Assembly: GCA_963664225.1 (NCBI GenBank)
Contig: OY760937.1
Location: 1,376,001-1,440,000, forward strand
DNA from: Verrucomicrobiia bacterium
GTDB taxonomy: Bacteria > Verrucomicrobiota > Verrucomicrobiia > Limisphaerales > UBA1319
DNA length: 64,000 bases
Reading direction: 5' to 3'
In this document: piece by piece, positions 19,818 through 28,461 of the stretch
How the letters are laid out: every line of letters starts with the position of its first letter
Numbering within the stretch: position 1 is the first letter of the stretch
Made by a program: the position numbers and the translations under genes
Notes under the pieces: model-generated
Told to the model about the DNA's origin: nothing
Database searches by the model: none
The model's input: the letters and a program-made list of their open reading frames with translations, nothing else

Positions 19818-20147
19818 TCAGGCCAGCAGGGCAGCATCCCGATCGATGGAGGCTTTCCGCACCTCCGTAACGCAATGGAAGAATTTCATCACACACGGAG
19901 TTTTTAACTGGTAGAAAACCTGCGCACCGCGCTTGTCGTCTTCCACGATGCCAGCCGACTTGAGCACCGACAAATGCCGGGAGACGGTGGGCATTTCCAC
20001 TCCAATCATGGCCGTTAATTCACAGACGCATCGTTCCCCCCGAGAAAGTTCCTCAACAATAAAGAGGCGCGTCGGATGGGCGAGGGCCTTATGAACTTTT
20101 GCCTGGGCCTGATACCGTGCTTTGTCAATCGAAGTCATGCCATTCAT
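19818..20147 (-). CDS. ArsR/SmtB-family metalloregulator
   Basis: KALAHPTRLFI, ERCVCEL (alpha3 Cys site), TVSRHLSVLKSAGIV; extra C-terminal Cys pair. Confidence 0.9.
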   Translation of the reverse strand: MNGMTSIDKARYQAQAKVHKALAHPTRLFIVEELSRGERCVCELTAMIGVEMPTVSRHLSVLKSAGIVEDDKRGAQVFYQLKTPCVMKFFHCVTEVRKASIDRDAALLA

Positions 20148-20155
20148 TCGTGAGC

Positions 20156-20183
20156 AATTTAGCATATCTGCTAAGTGTGTCAA
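20156..20183 (-). promoter_or_regulatory. Sigma70-type promoter (TTGACA-N16-TAAATT) with overlapping inverted repeat TTAGCA-N4-TGCTAA, a probable ArsR operator
   Basis: -35 at 20178-20183, -10 at 20156-20161, palindrome at 20159-20174, just upstream of the regulator ATG. Confidence 0.7.
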
Positions 20184-20329
20184 ACTAAAAACGACAAATT
20201 GTTGAATATAGCGTCAATCTCGTCAGCCACGCCTTGAGTTTGGATTGGACTTTACTCCGAGCCACTTGAAAATCGATTTCATGATTTGACAGTGCTCACT
20301 CAATCCTGGCTCCGATCTACGCACCTATC

Positions 20330-20525
20330 CTTTGAATAGTGATCCAAATCGGGCGATCACGTCGAAAAGTTACTTCTCGATGCCACTTTGAACAATTGGT
20401 GGAAGGTGCCGTGGAGATTCTCCAGCTATTCGTTGATGCTTTTATCGGTGCGTTCCATCGCCGCCAGGCGGTTCGCGTTTCGCTGGAGAGGGATTCGGCT
20501 CACGCCCGAAAGAGCGAGACGGAGA
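20330..20525 (-). pseudogene. atpG: Relic of the C-terminus of an alternate (N-type) F0F1 ATP synthase gamma subunit
   Basis: Across two frameshifts and three stops reads VSLFRA*AESLSSE/NANRLAAMERTDKSINE*LENLHGTFHQL/QSGIEK*LFDVIARF. Confidence 0.75.
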
Positions 20526-20809
20526 AGCTCAGTGAGCTTCCGAATTCACGCAAGTCTGGAAAGAGTGGAAACTCCCGGGGCCTTTTGCCTCAAATCAGGA
20601 TTCGACAATTGCATAATTTTCTCTGGGGCGGAACACTATAAGCCCTTTGGAAATCGTGTTGTCGTATCACCAAGACATGGCCCTGCAAAGAGTGGTATCG
20701 CTACCGACTGGGGCTGCTCCCCTTTCGAGGGATTGGCTTGCACATTTGCGCCTTGGTCCTATTTCCAGGAGCGTCCTGCGCTAGAACATAGGGCATTTCA
20801 GTGTCATTC

Positions 20810-20833
20810 AACGGACACCAAAACGGACACCAA
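20810..20833 (+). repeat. Tandem 12-bp direct repeat AACGGACACCAA x2 (possible integrase arm-type site)
   Basis: Perfect duplication about 95 bp inside the tRNA fragment. Confidence 0.6.
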
Positions 20834-20928
20834 AAGAGTTAAAACGGGTAGGGTAGGGTAGTGAGCGATTAGGCTTGAATAGCCCGTAAAATATGGCATT
20901 TTGACTCCGTAATTGTAGCGTTTTTGGA

Positions 20929-20950
20929 TCGAGTCCGACCACCGGCACCA
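20929..20950 (+). mobile_element. tRNA 3'-end fragment (Leu-like), probable att site at the right end of a genomic island
   Basis: TCGAGT-CCGAC-CACCGGC-A-CCA = T-loop part, T-stem 3' strand, acceptor 3' strand, discriminator A, CCA; no tRNA 5' half upstream. Confidence 0.7.
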
Positions 20951-20964
20951 ACACCCAATTTTAT

Positions 20965-21693
20965 ATGAAATATATTCTAACCGTCGCTTTTGGCCTGCTG
21001 TTGGCAGCGGGATCCTTTGCCGCTGAAACACCAGTGGGAGAGGAAGGTTTTGTGAGCCTGTTCGATGGGAAAACCCTTGATGGCTGGAAAGTTGGGGTGA
21101 ACGCCAGCGTTTTCCAGGTCCGCGACGGCATGATCGTTATGGAGTGTCCAGCGACAATCCATAGCCCAGCACACTTGTTCTACGTTGGAAAAGTGAGCGA
21201 TCACAGCTTCAAAAACTTCGATCTTCGCATTGATGTAATGACCTTCCCTTTCGCAAATTCCGGAATTTATTTTCATACGGAATATCAGGAGTCCGAGTGG
21301 CCCAAGCGCGGACTGGAATGCCAGGTGAACAACAGTCACGCTGACTGGCGGCGGACCGGCAGCCTGTATTCCATCAAGAATATATCCTGGGGGCCGGAAA
21401 CGCCCTCTGCGGACAACAAGGAGATGGTTACGATTTTGCCAAAAGCGCCCATTAAGGATAATGTCTGGTACACTCAGGAGATTATTTACCAGAACGGCGC
21501 AGTCACTGTTAAACTCAATGGCGTGACCATGATCGAATACACGATTGCCGACAGCGATGTCCAACATAAGCTTCAAACTGGGATGACTTGGCTGCCGAGA
21601 GGGACATTCGCCCTTCAGGGACATCCTCCGATGCCGGACCATGCCAGCAAAGCGTGCTTCAAAAACATCCGCATCAAGATACTGCCCGACTGA
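20965..21693 (+). CDS. DUF1080 (3-keto-disaccharide hydrolase) family secreted protein
   Basis: SLFDGKTLDGW, NSGIYF, ECQV, TGSLY, FALQGH, FKNIRIK. Confidence 0.9.
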   Translation: MKYILTVAFGLLLAAGSFAAETPVGEEGFVSLFDGKTLDGWKVGVNASVFQVRDGMIVMECPATIHSPAHLFYVGKVSDHSFKNFDLRIDVMTFPFANSGIYFHTEYQESEWPKRGLECQVNNSHADWRRTGSLYSIKNISWGPETPSADNKEMVTILPKAPIKDNVWYTQEIIYQNGAVTVKLNGVTMIEYTIADSDVQHKLQTGMTWLPRGTFALQGHPPMPDHASKACFKNIRIKILPD

Positions 21694-21755
21694 TCGTCGA
21701 AAGGGCCATCAAAGATGGCTTTATTGGGGGGGGGATGATGGCTATCAGCGGTTGA

Positions 21756-22943
21756 TTACCGCTGCGCGGGTGATGGTGTGCGCCAGAGGTTTGGCAGCAG
21801 GTGTGCCAGATGATCGCGCCAGGTGCCCCAATCATGCCCGCCATCCCCGCCGATGTAATAATCGTGGTTGATCCGGTGCTTCTCCAGGATTTGATGAAAT
21901 AGCACGCTGCGATTCTTTGGCTCGTTTTCGAACGTGCCGAGGCCAACGAACAGGTAATCCACTTTGGCATTGGTCTCGGGATCCTGCAGAAACGCAGGTG
22001 TGGAATACTCAGAGTCAGGATCGCCTGCACTAAGAATGCCGAACGAGGCGAATAGATCCAGACACTTGAAGCCGACGAGTTGCGCGTGCCTGCCTCCCAT
22101 GGATAGGCCGGCGATTGCGCGACAGTGGCGGTTTGTTTGCACACTGTAATTCATCTCCACCAACGGCACGATGTGTCGGCGCAATTCGTCCTCAAAGAGT
22201 TGGAAAGTTCGTTCCGTGTGCGTTCGATCTGATCGATGAAGCACTTGGTTGTTTGGCATGGCGATCAGCATCGGCAGAGCTTTGCCTTCGGCGATCAGAT
22301 TATCGGCGATGAAGCCAGCGCGTCCATCCAGGTTCCATGTGGATGCAAGTTCTCCGCTGCCGCCCAGGAGATAAAGCACGGGGTATTGCTTGTTCCGGTC
22401 ATAACCAGGCGGCGTGTAAACATAGATTTCCCGTTCTCCACCGGTCACGTTTGAGTGATAGATGTGCCTCGAGACCGTCCCGTGAGGGACATTGCGCGCG
22501 TCGAAATAGCTGGGGCTGCCCCCGTGAACGACCAGAATGCTGTAGCCGGGTTGATCGGAAAACCCCGTCAGCGTGTTGTTGGGATCGGGCACCGTGACAC
22601 CGTCCAGGACAAACCTATAAACGTACATGTTCGGCTTCAGGGGGCCAATCGTCAGCGTCCAGATTCCGTTGGGATCCTTTTGGAAGGACAGCGGTTTGTT
22701 GTCCTGGTGGATGGCGAGTGAGATTGGGCCACTGGTCAACTCCACTTTTTGCGCCTGGGGTGCTTTGAGACGGAAGACAACGGTGTGGTCATCTCGCACC
22801 TCGGGTGAAATGACATTGGCGCCATAGGGGACCAGGTTCTGCGTATTCTTTTGTGGATTCCAATCCAGATTGACATGGGCCTGCTGGGCGTGAATAAGGA
22901 TTCCTCCTGTCAGACAAAGAATGACTATGGGGATCAATTTCAT
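21756..22943 (-). CDS. Secreted CE1-like esterase with N-terminal Ig/CBM48-like domain
   Basis: VYTPPGYD, YPVLYLL, AIAGLSMGG nucleophile, GGHDWGTWR. Confidence 0.85.
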   Translation of the reverse strand: MKLIPIVILCLTGGILIHAQQAHVNLDWNPQKNTQNLVPYGANVISPEVRDDHTVVFRLKAPQAQKVELTSGPISLAIHQDNKPLSFQKDPNGIWTLTIGPLKPNMYVYRFVLDGVTVPDPNNTLTGFSDQPGYSILVVHGGSPSYFDARNVPHGTVSRHIYHSNVTGGEREIYVYTPPGYDRNKQYPVLYLLGGSGELASTWNLDGRAGFIADNLIAEGKALPMLIAMPNNQVLHRSDRTHTERTFQLFEDELRRHIVPLVEMNYSVQTNRHCRAIAGLSMGGRHAQLVGFKCLDLFASFGILSAGDPDSEYSTPAFLQDPETNAKVDYLFVGLGTFENEPKNRSVLFHQILEKHRINHDYYIGGDGGHDWGTWRDHLAHLLPNLWRTPSPAQR

Positions 22944-23330
22944 TTTAAACTGGAGTTTTCCTTATTGTTGAGTTTCCGGTTCGGTATAATTCATGATCGG
23001 CAGACACCGTTTCCGGGCTGAGAATTCTGCACCATTTCCGGCATCTTTCGATCAAGCTTGTGGCCATACCAATCTTCATACGGCACGTCCGCCCGCGACA
23101 AATCGAGGGCTCCGAATTTACTGGCACCTATAAAGTGGAATGACGGGATCAACTGCAAAGCCGACGCTCGGATTGAAGACAGGGGCGGCACAAAAGCCAG
23201 CGTCAAAAGCGTGATGTTCCTATTGGCACTTGCGCATTGCTGTGTGGTTTTTCGATTTGTGTATTGAGTGCTTGGAATATGCCGGAGACTCAACTCTGTC
23301 AGTTGTGCGATGAGCTGTTTATTTTGAGTT

Positions 23331-24437
23331 CTACCGCTTTTCAATCTCCGTCGGCCGCACCACCTGCAGGAATACCACCGCACTGCTGCAGCCCCACGAA
23401 TGTCTCCGACCCTCCGGCGTGGGCTGCGGCCATCGGCACCAGGAAAGGTTGTCTGACAAGCGGCGCCCCTGCCACGCGGCCTCTGCGTTTTTCTGCAACC
23501 ACGGTTCAAACGTCGTTTGCGCGTTGCGCTCCTTCATGAAGCGCGCAATCCATCGCGCGCCGATTCCATTGAAACCGCCGCCATCGCCAGCCTCTCCGGC
23601 AGGGGGCATCAACCCCTCCTTGCAAAGGTTGGTCATCGTGAAAGTGGCCGCCAGCATGGCTTCATTCGTGAAACCGAGGAAGTTCGCCGCGCCGACAAAG
23701 GTGCCCTGGTTATACGTCAGCGCAAACCTCGCCAGCCGTCCGTTGACGTTGATGCTGTCACAAATTCGTCCCGTCTTGGGATCGAACAATGTGTCGCGTT
23801 CCCAAAGGAAAAGGTTTGTGGCTGTTGTAAAGTAGGACTTTTCGCCCGTTGCGCGGCCCAGCAGAAATGCCGCGATTGAACCCGGCCCGTTTACGCACGC
23901 GTTCTTCGACTGGTTGTTCGTCTTCCACCACAAGCCGCCTCCCAGGTCCGACGACGCCGCTCGCGCATAACAGAGGTCGAAGTTCGTTCGCGCCACATCG
24001 CGGAACTCTGAATTGCCGGTCAGCAGATGCGCCCGCGTGCAGGCAATGACCATCCACATGATGTCATCGTTGAACTCGTTGTGGGCCCAATTCGTGCCGT
24101 GATCGGCCAGGAATCCTCGAAACAGGTTGGTGAACATCACCAGTTGCTGCGCATTGGTGGTTCGTTCATAGGCGTCCAGCACCATCTCCATCTGTTCCGC
24201 GCGCATCCAGTAGGAGACTTTTCCACCCTCCGTGTTCTCCTTGAACCAGGCGCGCCCATTCTTTTCTTTGTAAAATGCCTGGGTGTGCGCCTGGAATAGC
24301 GTGTCGGCGTCCGCCGATGTAAAGGCTTGGGAAATTAACGCCCCGCCAAAAACCGCAAGGCATAATCCCGAGTAGAGCATCGCACGGTGCCACCACGCCC
24401 GGCCATGAGCGACAGTTCTGGTCAACTTCATGATCAT
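23331..24437 (-). CDS. Glycoside hydrolase family 76 (alpha-1,6-mannanase-like)
   Basis: FNDDIMW catalytic DD, GGGLWW, KNACVNGP, TYNQGTF. Confidence 0.9.
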   Translation of the reverse strand: MIMKLTRTVAHGRAWWHRAMLYSGLCLAVFGGALISQAFTSADADTLFQAHTQAFYKEKNGRAWFKENTEGGKVSYWMRAEQMEMVLDAYERTTNAQQLVMFTNLFRGFLADHGTNWAHNEFNDDIMWMVIACTRAHLLTGNSEFRDVARTNFDLCYARAASSDLGGGLWWKTNNQSKNACVNGPGSIAAFLLGRATGEKSYFTTATNLFLWERDTLFDPKTGRICDSINVNGRLARFALTYNQGTFVGAANFLGFTNEAMLAATFTMTNLCKEGLMPPAGEAGDGGGFNGIGARWIARFMKERNAQTTFEPWLQKNAEAAWQGRRLSDNLSWCRWPQPTPEGRRHSWGCSSAVVFLQVVRPTEIEKR

Positions 24438-24464
24438 TAAGTTTTCGTCCGATTCACCGACATT

Positions 24465-25940
24465 TTACTTTGCCGTCGTCAAATGCCGGCCAGCGCGGTA
24501 ACCATAAATTCCGTAAAACGCGATGTAGGCAAACGCGATCATGGGGACCACGAACGAAGCCTGTATGCCCCATGCGTCGGCAATTCTGCCCTGTAACGGC
24601 GGGAGGATTGCGCCTCCCACGATCGCCATGACCAGGAGCGAGGAGGCCTGGCTCTTGAGCGCGCCCAAACCCTCAATGGCCAATGAGAAAATGTTCGACC
24701 ACATGACCGAACAGAACAGGCCCACGCTCAGAATCGCCCACTTGGCGGTCTCTCCTCCGGTCATGATTCCCGTGGCCAGCAGCGTGATGATCACGCCGCT
24801 GAACAGCAGCAGCATGCGTTGCGGGCTGGATTCACCCAGAAAGAAGGCTACCAGCAGGATCCCGAGGAACATTCCGTAGTGTTTGGCGTTCTCAAAGCTG
24901 CAGAGGTCGGCGGCCGCCGAGGCCCACGGCATTTGCAGCGCGGAACCCACGGCAGGAAGCGCAACGATCACTCCAAAGGCCACCAGCGGCACCAGAATAA
25001 CCAGCGTGTGCTTGACGCTGCCCCGCAGGTTGGACAGGGAGAAGGCCCCCATGAAGCGCCCGATCATAAGGCCGCCCCAGTAGAACGCCAGGTAGCTGCT
25101 GGCCGTTTCTTTCGGCAGGCTCCCCAGCTTTTCGGTGCCGAGAAAATTGACAATCGCGCTGCCGACGCTGACCTCTCCTCCGACATACATGAAGATGGCC
25201 AGCATGCCCAGAACCGTGTGCGGATGCTTTAGAGCGCCTGCGCCCCGTTCGATTTGCTCCGTGTTTGTGAAACTCGGAAGGTGCGTGAATTTGAAAAACA
25301 CCGCCAGGATCAGGAACACTCCGGCAAAGCAAAGGTACGGTATTTTCACCGAGTCCGCGCCATGCGCATTCTTGCTGGTGAAATAGGCGAAGATGAGCCA
25401 GCCGCCGATGATCGGCCCAATGGTCGTGCCAAAAGAATTGAACGCCTGCGACAAATTCAACCGGCTTGAGGCGGTGCGTTCCGGCCCCAGGATCGTCACA
25501 TAAGGATTGGCCGCGATCTGCAGCATGGCAAAACCCAGCCCGACGATGAACAGGGCCAGCAGGAAGAACGGATAGGAGGCCATCGCCGCCGCAGGGTAGA
25601 AAAGCGCGCTGCCTAACGCGGCAACCAGCAATCCAATGATGACGCCGTTCTTGTATCCGATCCGGTTGATCGGATCGCCTGAGATCATCGAGGTGATGTA
25701 ATACAACAACGCGCCGCATCCATAGGCCCCGAAGAAGGCGAATTGCACGAGCATCGCTTGAAAATAGCTCAGCGTGAACGCCTCCTTGAAACGGGGAATC
25801 AGGATGTCGTTCCACACGGTCATGAATCCCCACATGAAGAAGAGGACCGTCATGGTCACGAAAGGACCGCGGTATGTTTTTCCCTCATCACTTTGCGATG
25901 AGAGCTTGTTCGGGCTGGTTGTTGAACCAATGGTCGCCAT
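24465..25940 (-). CDS. FucP/GluP-family sugar MFS transporter
   Basis: LFFMWGF, LQIAANPYV, SSRLNLSQAFNS, YVGGEVS, MAIVGGAILP. Confidence 0.9.
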   Translation of the reverse strand: MATIGSTTSPNKLSSQSDEGKTYRGPFVTMTVLFFMWGFMTVWNDILIPRFKEAFTLSYFQAMLVQFAFFGAYGCGALLYYITSMISGDPINRIGYKNGVIIGLLVAALGSALFYPAAAMASYPFFLLALFIVGLGFAMLQIAANPYVTILGPERTASSRLNLSQAFNSFGTTIGPIIGGWLIFAYFTSKNAHGADSVKIPYLCFAGVFLILAVFFKFTHLPSFTNTEQIERGAGALKHPHTVLGMLAIFMYVGGEVSVGSAIVNFLGTEKLGSLPKETASSYLAFYWGGLMIGRFMGAFSLSNLRGSVKHTLVILVPLVAFGVIVALPAVGSALQMPWASAAADLCSFENAKHYGMFLGILLVAFFLGESSPQRMLLLFSGVIITLLATGIMTGGETAKWAILSVGLFCSVMWSNIFSLAIEGLGALKSQASSLLVMAIVGGAILPPLQGRIADAWGIQASFVVPMIAFAYIAFYGIYGYRAGRHLTTAK

Positions 25941-25995
25941 GATTTTTAGGGTGCTTGGGTTAATGTTCAGAAATGTTTCGGCATCATTAGGTGCC

Positions 25996-28281
25996 TTATT
26001 TGCCGGGGGCGGCCATCGCCGCAGGTGGACGGCTTTCCGGTGCCGATCCCCACTTTTTCTCAGGTGCCGAGCTCATTTGAAAAACAATCTCACCACCCTT
26101 CAGCATTGTTTCGTGATCGAGGAACACCTTGTCATACGCGGCTCCATTGAGTTGCGCGCCCCGGATGTAGGGGTGCTGTGGACCATTCTCTAGCGCGGAA
26201 ATCGTGAACTTCCTGCCGTCCGCCAGACTCAGTGTGGCGCGGTTGAACAATGGGCTGCCGATCGCATAGATCGTCGTCCCCGGAGTGACGGGATAAAAGC
26301 CCAGCGCGCTCAGGACGAACCATGCCGAGGTTTGACCGGTGTCCTCATCCCCGCAGAGGCCATCGGGCGTCGCCTGGTAAAGCCGGGTCATCACTGTGCG
26401 CACCTTGGACTGCGCCTTCCAAGGTTGGCCCACATAATCGTAGAGGTAAATCATGTGGTGGATCGGTTCGTTGCCGTGCGCGTATTGGCCCATGTCCAGC
26501 GCGGTCATTTCCGTCATCTCATGAATCGCAAAACCGTAACTGCCCCAGTTGAAGGTGTTGGGCGCCGTGAAAACCGAATCAAGCTTGTCCGCAAAAGCCC
26601 TTTCGCCGCCCATTAGTTTGACCAGGCCGGGAATGTCCTGAAACACGCTCCAGGTCCAATGCCAGGAGCAACCCTCGGTGAACGGGCCGCCCCATTCCGT
26701 GGGATCGAACGGCTCACACCAGGCGCCGTTTTCCTGGCGGCCCCGCACAAATCCGATTTTGGCATCGAACAGGTTGGTGTAATTCATCGTCTTTTTGGTA
26801 AACACTTCCGCCTCGCTGTCCCGTCCAATGGCCCGGGCCAGTTGTGCGGCGCAGAAATCGTCGTAGGCAAACTCCAGGGTCTGTGCGGCGGCCTCGCGAA
26901 TGGTGGGTGAGGGGACATAGCCCACGGTATTGTAAAACTTCACGCCTTTGCGCCCCAGCGTGTTGATTGGGCCCTCGGCATTGGCGTCATGAACCATCGC
27001 GTCCACGGCCTTCTTCGGGTCGAAGCTGCGGATGCCTTTGGCCCAGCCGTCGGCCAGAAGCGAAAAGGCGTGGTTGCCGATCATGCAATCCCGGTGTCCG
27101 GGACTGGACCAGGAGGGCAGCCAGCCACTCTGATCGTAGGCATTGAGCAGTCCCTGCAGAATCTCCGCGCTCACCTCGGGAAAGAGCAGGTTGTAAAGCG
27201 GATGCGCTGCGCGAAACGTGTCCCAAAAACCGGTGTCGGTGTAGAGAACGCCTTCGTGAACCTTGCCATCGTAGGGGCTGAAATAAACTTTATGGCCTTG
27301 TTCGTCCATTTCGTAAAACTTGTGCGGATACAAGATGCTGCGATATAGCGCACTGTAGAACGTCCTCTGTTGATCGTCGGTTCCGCCTTCAACCCGGGCT
27401 CGCCCGAGAGCCTCGTTCCAGCGTTCCTCCGCCCGGAGGCGGATGGATTGAAAGTCCGCGTCGCCAATCTCTTGCTGCAGGTTTCGCAACGCCTGTTCCG
27501 GGCTGATGAATGACGAAGCCACTTTGCAGCCAACCACATGGCTGGACCCCGTCTTGAATTTGAAATACGCCCCCGCGTGCTTGTTCTCCAGCTTCGACAC
27601 CCCCGCCTGAACACCTTCCGGCGTCCAGACTCCGTGCTCCTCAAAAGGTTGGTCGAAAACCACCACAAAGTAATTTCCAAAGCCCTTTGGCACTCCCCCG
27701 TGGTTGTTCCGGCAGACGCCGATAACCTTGTTTTCCGAGGCGATGATTTCCACCGACGAACCGCCGCTGAAGGCGTCCAACACCACGTAGGACGCGTCGT
27801 CCCCATCGAAGGTGAATTGGAAACGGGCCGCCCGTTCCGTGGGCGTCACCTCGGCCGTGGCCTTCCAGGTGTCCAGGCGCACACTGTAGTAGCTCGGTTC
27901 GGCGACTTCATTCTCGTGCTTGAATTCCGAGGCCCGGTCATTCTCGTTGACCGCCAGCTTGCCGCTGACCGGCATCAGGGCAAAGGCCGCGTAATCCCCG
28001 ATCCACGGGCTGGGCTGATGCGTTTGCCGAATGCCGCGGATTTTCTTTTGCGGATACTGGTAATAAAAACTGTCGCTCTCAGGCTGGGTGTAAGGCGCCC
28101 AGGTGTTCATCGGAAACGGCAGCGCGATGGCCGGATACTCGTTTCCATGGGAATACCCGGAGGTGGAATCGGTCCCCTGCATCGGATTAGCCAGCCTGAC
28201 CAGTGGGGTGGGCGTCGCTGCGATCTCGGCGGTTGCCAGCCCCAGAACGCTCAACCACAATAGCAAATTATTTTGTTTCAT
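25996..28281 (-). CDS. Glycoside hydrolase family 92 (exo-alpha-mannosidase)
   Basis: QTHQPSPWIGDY, WDTFRA, CMIGNH, FTEG, QYAHGNEP, GDEDTGQTSAW; start at MKQNN signal peptide. Confidence 0.95.
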   Translation of the reverse strand: MKQNNLLLWLSVLGLATAEIAATPTPLVRLANPMQGTDSTSGYSHGNEYPAIALPFPMNTWAPYTQPESDSFYYQYPQKKIRGIRQTHQPSPWIGDYAAFALMPVSGKLAVNENDRASEFKHENEVAEPSYYSVRLDTWKATAEVTPTERAARFQFTFDGDDASYVVLDAFSGGSSVEIIASENKVIGVCRNNHGGVPKGFGNYFVVVFDQPFEEHGVWTPEGVQAGVSKLENKHAGAYFKFKTGSSHVVGCKVASSFISPEQALRNLQQEIGDADFQSIRLRAEERWNEALGRARVEGGTDDQQRTFYSALYRSILYPHKFYEMDEQGHKVYFSPYDGKVHEGVLYTDTGFWDTFRAAHPLYNLLFPEVSAEILQGLLNAYDQSGWLPSWSSPGHRDCMIGNHAFSLLADGWAKGIRSFDPKKAVDAMVHDANAEGPINTLGRKGVKFYNTVGYVPSPTIREAAAQTLEFAYDDFCAAQLARAIGRDSEAEVFTKKTMNYTNLFDAKIGFVRGRQENGAWCEPFDPTEWGGPFTEGCSWHWTWSVFQDIPGLVKLMGGERAFADKLDSVFTAPNTFNWGSYGFAIHEMTEMTALDMGQYAHGNEPIHHMIYLYDYVGQPWKAQSKVRTVMTRLYQATPDGLCGDEDTGQTSAWFVLSALGFYPVTPGTTIYAIGSPLFNRATLSLADGRKFTISALENGPQHPYIRGAQLNGAAYDKVFLDHETMLKGGEIVFQMSSAPEKKWGSAPESRPPAAMAAPGK

Positions 28282-28461
28282 CGGATTTCCATTATTCATG
28301 CCCCATCGGCACTCTGTTGGGTGTGGTGGGAGATTACCTGTAGTCCGGTTTATTTCAAGACCGAACCTCTGCAGGTCGCGGGGTTCATCGAAATGAATCG
28401 GCAGGCCGGCGTTTTGTGCTTTCGCTTTACAACGAAAAGGCCAACTGGTTAGATGGTTCCC

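Noticed and set aside
20870..20950. Complete tRNA gene
   Set aside because: No GCCGGTG 5' acceptor strand, D arm or anticodon arm; only the 3' fragment is present
22991..23260. Possible decayed secreted-protein fragment between GH76 and the esterase
   Set aside because: No proper start and no family recognisable by eye
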